This document shows, in pieces, positions 13,901-25,748 of a stretch of DNA of 64,000 nt (positions are counted from its first letter, which is position 1; every line of letters begins with the position of its first letter). The position numbers were made by a program, and so were the translations under genes. The DNA is from Octopus sinensis. Taxonomy: Eukaryota. The notes under the pieces are model-generated. The model was not told the origin of the DNA. It did not search any database and saw only the letters and a program-made list of their open reading frames with translations. The DNA lies in the NCBI RefSeq assembly GCF_006345805.1, contig NC_042999.1, forward strand, positions 138,570,001 through 138,634,000. The letters run 5' to 3'.

Positions 13901-16900
13901 GTGTTTCAACAGTTTCTCCATCAGATGAACTTGGGGGCAGGCTAGACTTAAGTAGGGGTGTGGCATAGGAAAGAGGACTCACATTCCTTGTGTGACTTTT
14001 GCGCTTACTTTTGCCATGGCGCTGTCTAAGTCCACCATTTTCTAAACAACCTTTCAATGCTTGAATATTATCCCCTGCAATTTTAGATGAAAGAGTACAG
14101 TCTTCTTCAGAATGATACAGAGACCACTGCACATTGTCCTTGAACGGAATGTCCTGTTTGGTGGTATCTGTAAGGCCTGTCCTAGTATCGCAGGTTAAGT
14201 GAGAACATTTACGTGGCATCAGCTCATGGTCAGCAGGTTGATTGCTTTTTTTATTATGACTTGGTTCAGATTTCATGAGATCCATGATATCAGAGGAAGA
14301 GTGCAAGTCATCCAAACTCCGGCTACGATGCAACTGTCTGTTCTTGTTCAGTTGAAACACTACTTTAGGAGTATTGTTCATTCTAGAATTGTTTTTACAG
14401 GTGACATCAGTATCAATTGAAGGTAGGCTTTCAACCTTGGTCTGTTGTATGTTGACATCTTCCAGTTTGCGACTGTAGATACAGTTACCAAGTACCACAT
14501 AAGTCCGGTTGACTGCCTCAACATTCCTCTGTGTGAGGACTTTGTTGTTGGAATTTTTCTTAGCATAAGGGTCATTTGTTAAGATATTAGGAAGCAGACA
14601 ATCAGAATGTGTGACAGGTTCACTTTTACAGCTGCTACTACTGCTGCTGCACTGGCTTAATCTAAGGTTCATGCACTCTTTATCTTCATCAGAAGCAGAA
14701 TTACTATCAGCATCTGGTTGACTATGACTATTCCACCGACTGTTGGAGTTTTTCCTTGAATTCAAATTATATTCCCTCCGTTTTCTACCATCACATTTTT
14801 TGCTATAGGATAATTTGTGAGCGGTTTCAAAGCTGGGTTTCCTTTCTGGAACAATCTTACTGGATCTCTTCCGACAGCTTTTACTGTTCTCTCTATATTA
14901 AAATAGAAGCAAAATAGACCAAATTGAACATGACAATTTAAACCAATAAAATGTGCAAATATGAAAGAAATTCCAGATGATGAAAATACACAATAACATT
15001 GTTGGAATTCACACCTTTAGAAATAAGTGAAGAAGAGCAGTAATTATCACAAGTCCCTATAGCCTGGGCTTGTGATAACCACATGATCACTTGACTTGCA
15101 AGAAATATCAGTCAAATCTCCCTCAAGTCACGCTCCCTATTATCTTAAAGGAAGGAATGAATGCAGATAGATACACTATGACTGGGAAAAAAAGATGGTA
15201 TGGTTGCAGCTGATACATCATTGATCACAGGTCTGCTTGATTAAGGCTGCTCAAGGGCTTAACAACAAGTATAAAGGAACATAATATGCGACTGATTGAC
15301 TTACTGTACTCCTTCCAGTAAGTTACTACATTTTGAGAGTGTGTAGTAAGGTTGTTGATCAACTGAAGATATAGTATACCTGCAGTACTTAACTCTGAAG
15401 ACTATACCCAGTTGTTAAAAAGCTACCTAAAGGCCATAGGTTGATGAAGGATGACCAGAGCTATGCATCAACAACTGAATAATTATTCTACAGCTATATC
15501 AGCTACTGAGAAACACATAAAACAGAAAAAAAACAAAGGAAGAAAAAAAAAAAAGCTAGTTAAATCGTACCTTTGTAAAAGCAAGCCATCTCTGCTGGTA
15601 GGTTTATGAGAAAAGTGAGCTAAGACTGTTTGAGAGTGCATTAAACCCAGAATTAGCATTAACAAGGCAGGAAATGATACCTCACTAATGGTTACACTCT
15701 GAAATAGAAGATCAAATACTGAAATAGGTACCTTCTAACAATTCTATAGTCAAACTATTCTGACATTTTTCACTACAATTGCTACATGAACAATGAAAGT
15801 TATTTAAATTTGAATGTCACATTCATCAAATATATATAAGTATATTTTTAAGCAAAAATGTGTAAATTATATAAAAATGCATTTAAAAACAGCTTGATCC
15901 ATTCTATTTTTTTAGCAATAAAAATGCTCAAAACACAAGTTCAAACTTATAATAACTAGCATTTGGGTTTGTTAAAGTAGCACAATAAATCCTTCCAGTA
16001 TTTTTTAAATGCACATAATACAAGTAAGGACTGCTTGAAAAGTTCTAGAATTAAGCATTTATTCACCAGAAAATGGAAAATATATCATTATGTACTGTTC
16101 TATTAAAAAGAATTTCTTTAAAATAAATATTTACCCTAAAGACTTGCCATTTTCAGAAATCAGATATTTTTAACAGTTATATAACAACAACAACAATCCT
16201 TTCTATTATAGGTACAAGGCGTGAAATTTTGGGGTAAGGGACTAGTTGATTACATCGATCCCAGAATTTCACTGGTACTTAATTTAACGACCCTGAAAGG
16301 ATGAAAACCAAAGTTTCATCAGCAGACTTTGAACTCAGAATGTAGTAGCAGATGAAGTACTGCTAAGCATTTTGCCTGGCATGCTAATGACTCTGCCAGC
16401 TTGGCGCATTGATGATGATGATGAGTTTATTGGATAGTGTTCAGGTGCACTACCTAACATCTATTTTCCTATCATTATAGACATCAAAGAATCATCTTTT
16501 TTTTCCACCCAATTTTTGGTTTGGCTAAATATAAAGAGGTTGCTGGTTTATAGCAGTAGTATCCAACTTTTCATATTGTCTGCATCTTTATGAAATGTTT
16601 GATTAATTTTTGCACCCTTACAAAAGTAATATTGCATTTCAAAACAAAAATATTAATTTTCTAATGACAATTTTTTTTTTTTTTCCAAAATTAAACCACC
16701 CACAGAGAACTGTGGGTGAACATACTGAACTAAAAAATAAGCTGCTTCAGACTCAGTGCATAAAATGCTTATGTAAATTGAACGACAAAAACAACCATAA
16801 ATGATTAAATCACTCAATGTTATGAACAAAGAAATCAGTGATTTTGTTTCTGATTCTCATTCAAGACTTTATCAAAACATGGAACTTCCTTGCTGATTGC

Positions 16901-19900
16901 AGTTAACGGATCTTCCAAGGAATTCAGGTGATTCCTAGATTTTGTCTTCTTGATAAAAATACTGAAACCCGAATTATACAAGTATTATCATCAGCATCCT
17001 TTAATGTTTATTTTCCATACTGGTATGGATTGGACTGTTTGACAGAACTGAGAAGCCAAAGGATTTTTTCCAAGCTCTAATGTCTGCTTTGGCATAGTTT
17101 CTGAGGTTGGATGACCTTTCTAATGTCAACCACTTCACAAGTCTGTCATTGCAAATACAATAAGGACACACTTTTAGATAATAATCCATTAATGGTTAAA
17201 TCTACATATATAGAATAACAAAGCTTTTGGTGTGCATAGAAGAATAGTTATTTTTAAGAGTTAGTTACCAATTTCATTCTGAAAAATGACTTTAGTAAAA
17301 TATATACTTTCCCACTTTTTTGCACTCCTGAAATACCATCTCATACCCCAGCTCTTAGTGGGAACCCCTATGCTATTGGAACACTTATATTCTGAAGATA
17401 AATCTAAAACAATTTCCTTACAGTTCTCAAGAGTTTCTTCTATTATCTTTCAGTTGAATCGAGTCTCTCATATAAAAGGGGCTTATTGATTCATTGACAA
17501 AGATATACTAATTCCTGAATAAAGCTATAATCATAAAAAAATAATCCTTGCTTAACATGATCTTTCAGTTTGACCAACAATCACATTTTTGGATATGAAT
17601 GCTGAAATGAATAGTCTGAATTTTTCTACAGAATTAGATATTTTGCAGTATATAATACTGTAAGATATCTGCTTCTGTAGAAAAATTCAGACTCATATTT
17701 GATTTCTTTCTTTTATATACTTTTATTAGGGTTGTTCTTTCTTGATTTTGTTTCAAAGTTTATTGTGTCAATTATTACAACTAAACCAAAATCAATCTAT
17801 TCTTACCTCAGTTTTCAGGTACTCGCCAACATTACTGATGTAAAGTACTATTGCTACAAGTTGGAATGTGTACAAAACAAGCATTGCAAGCCAAAAGGAT
17901 CTGGATGTTTGCTGTATCCACCTGAAAAAGAAAAATGTTAAAAAATCTGTTACAAACATTTGGCATGACAAACATGATGGCTGCATACGTGACATGAATA
18001 AGTTTCCTACTTGAGTCACAAGCTTAGTTTATCCTGAGATGGCCACTTGTTCTATAGCCCTCAACAGGATCTATCATGAATATTGCTAAAATAATATTAA
18101 AAATTAACTAAGCTTATATAAACTTTATTAATCAACTATTGTTCTCTACCAAGGTTAGATCTATCAGAAAACTCTGGCTTTCTATCTACTAACTTTATCA
18201 AAAGCCTTAATTTTTTTAAGAATCTAACCATAGCAGATTTCATTTTCTTTCCCTGAGTACTCTCAACCTTCATTTCTTGGTTCTGATTTTATTACAGACT
18301 GTTTTGTTTACCCCATGGGGAAAATGGATTACACGCAACATAATTGAAAGAGATAATCTGAAGTGTACCAGGGTTTTAATCATACAGAAAAGCAACAAAA
18401 TGATGCATTATATCAATCATAGTAAGTCAATTACTTAATGGATATCCTTAACCAATTTTGAGATGGTAGGGTATAATGTGAGGATTGTTTTGATTTGATG
18501 TACCCAAGAAAAATCAGTGTGATGGAGTGCCTTGTTTTCCAAGCTACACTCTGAGAATTTCAACTCAGTACTATACTCTTCAATTAAACAATATACCCAC
18601 TATTTACAGAAGTATGCCATGCTATATTGAAGATATCTATATTATAACAATTGAAGAGAGGTATTTCAGCACTGAGTGTATTTATGACAGATACAGCAGG
18701 TCCAACGTGAGATACAAACCATTGATACATCAGCTGATAATTGGCCAGCTGCAGCTCTTAAACAAAATAAAATTGGCAAGAAGAAAAGCTTGGAATATTT
18801 TAAAGATGTTCAAAGTACCATGCCAACCCATGTATTGCTTTGAATACAGAATAATGAAGCTGGTGACTTTGTCCAAACAGGATGATAAACTAAAATGTGT
18901 CTTGTGTCATGAAAATAGATACCGAAAAAACTCACCATTTGTAATAGAGTGGGAAAAACATTACTCGTAACACAGCACGTTGAGTAATCCTTGTCCAAGG
19001 AACTTGGGGCTTAGCTTTAGTGAATGTAGAGCCTGAATGAAACAGAAAATTAAACAAAATGACTTTAGGGATGATTAACTTCATATTTAAAGATGAAAAA
19101 TGATTTACATTTAATTGATATAATCACTTAGATAAAAAAAAAAAACAATTTAAGTCTTTAGAAATTAGTGATGCTCTGCAACCCTGCTTTATTGTACTCC
19201 AAACACCAGCAATGCAATAAGGTGAATAGTAAAGACAATTATGATATTTTTTAACACTTTCATTAGAAAAATTCCAGTCACAAACTGCATATTCTTTTTT
19301 ATGTAAGGGATTAAGTCTCTGGCATATTCTATAGCACTATTCAACCAGAATAGGCTAAGATAATCTAAGAATGACAAGTGAAATAGTTTCAAGTCAGATG
19401 AGATATATCTACAGTAATATACTGCAGCATTCTCAGTGCCGGGCTGCGACACCCCAGTTAACTAGGCTGTTTAGACAGTAGAACTGACAAGCTATTTAAT
19501 ACAGAACAGATTTTATTTGCTGATCTGATATAAGCAAAATTTTCAAATCTTTGTTTAATATTACAGCTATGTAGCATGCGCAAAATAACCAAAGCATTTA
19601 CAGAGAGTTATGCTACTGACACAGTAAAATTCATTTCGCTTAGTGCTTAATTACTCTTACCTCGCACCAAGTCAACATCTATAAATTCTGTCTTCATCCG
19701 ACCAATTCTACGAGGAACATTATTTATTGACTAAAAAAAGACAGAGAAAAATAAATCTTACATAGGCAGGAAATTTAGGAATTGTAAAAAAAAAAAAACA
19801 CAACAATAAAAGGCAATGTTTCTTGGTCATGCACTTTCCAAAGTTATAAAGATGTACCATAAAATATTTCCAACTGAGAACAAATGCAGAATTTACATAA

Positions 19901-21846
19901 AAAAAAAAAACCTGCTTTAGTTGGAAATGTGTATGTAAAACAATGCACCCACTGATGGTAACTGAACCACATATCTTATGATTACTAGATGTATGTACTA
20001 CTTTATAACACATTGAGCCCATGTGTTTTTCTCTCAATTTACAAATAGGGTTTATACACACATAAGCATAGGAGGTAGAAAAAGGTATGGCTTCATAAGC
20101 AAATGGTTTTGTGTTTGATCTAAACGAAGAGCACCTTGAGAAAGTGCTTTCTTTGGTCTTTGGTTAACCAATGTCTTGTGAGTGAAATTTAGTCAGTGGA
20201 AACCACTGAGGTAAATTGTGAGTGTGTTTGCATGTACCCGTGTATGTTGGTCCTCACTTGGGCAGTGATAATCATTGTCTACAATGCCCATAAACAAAAC
20301 ATCTTTGATATGCAAACAGCTCTTAAATAAAATACCTAACTTGAAATCAAGTAAGGGTTGGCATCAGAAAGGCCATGTACTGTAGAATATAGCTCAAGAA
20401 GTCTTATCCAATAGAAAAATGATGATGGAAAAAAAAAACTGTAATTTATATATGTATATATCATAATCATTTAATGTTCACATTTTCATGCTTCCATGGG
20501 TCAGACGAAATTTGTTGAGATAACTTTTCTATACCCAGATGCCCTTCCTGTTGCCAAGTAAGGAACTAAATATATTTTCCATGGCCAAATATGTTTTGCA
20601 TAACAGTGATGTTTGTTTACAACCATCACAAGATGTCAGGACAAGGGTGTACAAGCACACACATACACACTCACACACATTCAGCAGACACCTGTACAGT
20701 TTTTGTCAACTGAATTAACTCACAGAGCTTTAGTCAGCCTGAGGCTGAAGTAGAAGACATTTGTCCAAGGAACCTCGCAGTGAGACTGAAGTTGAAACCA
20801 TGTGATTGGGAAACAAACTTATCACACATTCACACCCACGTTTACACCAGGTGCTTGAAAACAAACCTTAACAGGCCATAAGTGAGAGACAATCTCATGT
20901 AATTCTCCATGACATATACCAATATGGCAAAGAGATACACAGAGGTTACAGCTCTAGCTATCTGTCACATCAGATACATTCAGAGACTGCCAACTTTTTG
21001 AACATGCGAAGGTCCTTTGTGCCAAAGATCAAGAAAGAGCTGAAGACCTCTGGCAAGGATGGCTTACCCATGGCCAAGACAAAAAATTCTTAGTAATCAT
21101 ATGTCAGCTGGCAGACATGTTAGCACGCCGGGTGAAATGCTTAGCAGTATTTCATCTGTCTTTACGTTCTGAGTTCAAATTCCGCCATGGTCGAATTTGC
21201 CTTTCATCCTTTCGGGGATGATAAATTAAGTACCAGTTGCATACTGGGTTCGATCTAATCAACTGGCTGCTTTCCCCAAAATTTCAGGCCTTGAGCCTAG
21301 AGTAGAAAAGAATCAGATGTCATCAGGATGGCTGGGTTTGTCCAGCAAGTCCAAAACATCATCAGTAACAAACCCAGCAAGTTGATGAGGACCATCACCA
21401 AGCTCTAGTGCAGAATCCACTATCAGCAATACAGTGAATGATAAACATCAAATACAAGTTCTATGTGATGTAGAAAGAGTAGTCCATATTAGGTAAGACC
21501 TGAGACAACCATGTGATTCCCCACCACTAACATGATATGACCACTTTACTGACTTGAAAGCTCAAAAACTGTTGCATCTGAGTTGTGCTGGGAAGTGGTG
21601 TCACAGCACCAAGGATTTGTTGGGGATTACTATTGTAGGCATGGCTAACAGCATAGAGAGAAAAGGGCACCTGATCCCAGCATGCAGTTTTTACCATAAC
21701 TACCATGAAGAAGGGTAGTTTGTTGTGTTGTTTATATTTTGTTAACTATCTAAACATATGTACCATCTCCCTGATTAGAATCTTTGTTTCTCATTATTTT
21801 CAAATCAGTTGTCAGGCAAGTGCATAGAAGACTAGAGATGGACATC

Positions 21847-21918
<72 letters not shown>

Positions 21919-24664
21919 ACTACAAAAGAAATGTTGCTATGTAAAAGATTGTTTTGCACAGTATTGAGGTTATATGGATTTTATCACATTCTAGGTAATT
22001 TGACATCAGGAAGATGTCACTGACCCACAACACCACTCTCTTTTGAAAACACAAGGATTGCATGTAGGGTTCGAACTTGCTCACTTTTCGTGAACATGGT
22101 AATGCTAATGAACGCATTTTTATGAAAAACATGTGTAAAACATTGACTCAATGGGTATAAAATGCACCCAAATTTACCACCCCGTCATTTGTTTCCCAAA
22201 TGCAGCAAGCATGCTAAGACTGACATGAAATCAGAGGGAGCAAGCCACTGGATGTCTCCATGCTGGTCAACGTACATGGGTCATTGCTAATGACTTGAAC
22301 TGCAGTATTCAGACAATTGAGCGACTGAGGGAATGATACAATGCCACAAACAGTACAAATGATCATCCATGCAGTGGCCGACTGAGGGTTACAATGGCAC
22401 ATCAAGATCACCACCTGTACTGACAGCACTTGCAGGACCCATTCCAGAGGGCAATGGAATCAGCTAGGTAGAGCATTGGGACTCACTACAAACCCGCTTG
22501 TCAACGTCCAGCTAGGGATCCCATCCTCACAGATTGTCATCGACAGGCACATCTGCAGTGGACTCAAAAACGTCAGAACTGATGATACCAGCAGTGGAGG
22601 ATTATAGTCTTCTCTGATGAAAGTCAAGATTGCATTTCTGAGGCAGATGGCAGAGCTAAAGTTTGGAGAAGAAAGGGTGAATGTCATGCCAATGGCTGTG
22701 TGGTGGAGAGAGACTCATGGGGAGGATAGAGCATCATGGTATAAGGTGGGATTGCACTCAACCAGAAATTTGGACTGGTGGTCTTCCAAAACATCAACCA
22801 AAGTTGAGACAATGGAATAACCACTGCTCACTACATTGACCAAGTGTTGAGGCCTCATGTTGTGCCATACTTTGCTAGTCATCGGAATTACGTGTTCCAA
22901 CATGACAACACCCATGTCCAGACTGCCAAGTTGACAGCAGACTTCCTCCAACAGCACAACATGCAGACACCACCATAGCCTGCTCCAAGACCAGACTTGA
23001 ACCCCATAGAGCACCTGTGAGATGAAACCTAAAGAAGGCTATATAGCATCCATCCAAGGCTGACAACTGTGGCACAACTCACTGCAAGTTTTAACAAGGT
23101 GTGGGCTGCTATCCCCATGGCCTTCATCAATTGATTGATGCATTCAATGTACAGAAGATACCTGGTGGTAATCAATGCTAACAGTGGTCACATAAAATAG
23201 TGAGTTAATCTCTTTGGATCTAGGACACTCCGTCATCACATAACACCATGTGACGTCAAATATGTTTCAGGAAATGATGTTTTATCATTAGGAAAGAACA
23301 GTTTCTTAATTAGCACTCTTCAATCAATGCTATGGCAGTCTGTTAATAAACTGGTTTCTATTTAGTATGTGAGTGACATTTCTTTTGTGGTTCAGTTTAT
23401 ATATATATATGACAGACTTCTTTCTATTTCCATCCACCAAATTCATTCAAGCTGAATTTGGTGGATGTAGCTCCCTTCCCCTCAGGATCGGGGGAGGGGA
23501 GCTCCAGTAGAAGACTGTGTCTAAGGTGCCATACCTGGAACTGAACCTGAAACTACATGATTAAGAAGTAAGCTTCTTAACCACACAGCCATCCCTGTGC
23601 CTATACATACATATATATATGTGTGTGAAAAGAAAGCACAAATGTTGTTTAAAATTTATGGCAGCTGTTTTGGTAGAATTTTATTGGTGTATTCATGAAT
23701 TACATCATAACATATAATCCACCATCTTCAGGTTAAATTTTAAACAAGTAAGATCTCATACACCAAACCTGATTAATCCAATATCGTTGGAGATTAAATT
23801 CCACCAAAATAACTGTCATAAATTTTAAACACCATTTGTGTTCTCTCTTTGCACCTATTCCACACCTGGAACCAACCAAATTGGATTTGGTACTTACATA
23901 TCTACAGTATCCGACCAACACTTGCAACCTTCATTGTTGTTTACCTCACTGTGAACTTTATGTTATTGTACCTAGCCATTTCAAGCATCCTACATATTAA
24001 TGTGCCATGGTTCTATTGAATCCTTATAATTCATATATATATATATATACACACATATATAATAATGTTCATTTGTTGTTCCCAATGATGATTAAGAACA
24101 TCATATGGGAGAAGATGAATTACGGTACATCTGGCTGTGGCTGATCAGGCCGATATGTGCTCAGAAGGTTTTGTTGATGGTTGAGCTCTAGTGGTCGGCT
24201 GGGAATGAAGGCAAAGAGTTGGCTTTGGACTTGTGCAGCTCACGTTTTCTTTGTGCTTCTGTGATTCTATTCTGTTCATGGGAGGTGGCACCTCTGTTGG
24301 TGCAGCTATGCCATGCAGTTCCCAGGTGCTGGGGTTGAACTGAAAGCACTTCAGTGAAGCTTTAGTGTAACTTTGAAGTGATTTTTTTGCCCACCTTGTG
24401 TGCACCTGCCAATTCACTGTAAAACAGTCTTTTGGGTAGTCATGTGTCATACATTCAAACATGTAGACTGGCCACCTGACCTGCAATCGTCAGCAGTGTA
24501 TAAATGCTTGGCAGATTAGCTTGAGAGAGGACCTTGTCTTGCCATTTTCAATAGCTTTTTCTCAGACACACCCACACATACACATAATATTATATATATA
24601 TAATATAATACATACAATATATATATACACCCTACATTACACACACACACACACACTCTCATAC

Positions 24665-24705
<41 letters not shown>

Positions 24706-25193
24706 GCTGATATATGACCTATGCTGGACTCCTTATTCGCATACTCGCCGAACCTGGAGCTTAACTATGATCTATCCATAGCACTTACTCAGCATTACCT
24801 GACACCTTTGGATCTTACTGACACCATTACCTTTCATAACCTATATATATATACACACACACTTGTATATGATGTGTTGTGAATTTCTGAAAAGAATTCC
24901 CATAAAACTCAATGATTTTGTTAAAAATGGAAAAGAGAAGATATTAAAATATATAAGTTCTCATATATTTTAACATTTTCTCTTCTCCATTTTTAACAAA
25001 ATTGTTGAGTTTTATGAGATTTCTTTCCATAAATTCCCAGCATACCATATACAAGTATTATTTTCATATTCAGAAATTTAAGCCTGTAAACTACCAGCAA
25101 AATATGAAGAATCAATATTAGAAATCTTTTTTGGAAACCTCCAAATTAAAGGACAAATCTAATTCAACCTTTTTACACACTCACACATATATA

Positions 25194-25229
<36 letters not shown>

Positions 25230-25711
25230 CAGACAGACACACATACTTTACATAGCATGGAAGATGGATGTTAAATGATGATGACATATATATATATACA
25301 TGCAGACACAGGTTCAAATCTTATTTCACTTTTTAGATGTAGGAGAGACATATAAGAAATAAGTTCTGTAAAACAAGTGTGTGTGTGTGTGTGTGTGTAT
25401 ACATGTATGTGTGTCTATGCTTGATGGTATTACCAATCATAGATATGACAATGACCAAAAATAAATAGTAATGACACTCATAAATGCAATGAGAAATATT
25501 TCAGATTGAAATCAGCAAAAATGAAATAAAGCTGAGAAATGTTAAAATCTAAACAGAAACAAGCTCCATCTTTTGAAGAACTGTTTCTATATGTGGTAGA
25601 CAATGTTGAACAGATAGATAGCATTATGTAGTAATGGATGAAACTTAACTGTAGATTACTGTTGTTGTTGTTATTAATAATAATAATAATAATATAATAA
25701 TAATAATAATA

Positions 25712-25748
<37 letters not shown>

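Noticed and set aside
13707-14765. Stand-alone 352-aa single-exon gene
   Set aside because: TTG start is internal to an exon whose frame extends to the acceptor at 14893; the tail after 13887 is intron read-through.
18527-18970. 147-aa plus-strand gene
   Set aside because: GTG start, overlaps Phtf exon 5 antisense, no recognisable domain beyond weak TE-like motifs.
19189-19452. Extra Phtf exon or small gene (87-aa ORF)
   Set aside because: Exons 4 and 5 join in frame to give the conserved DLVRGSTF motif, leaving no room for it; no convincing splice pair.
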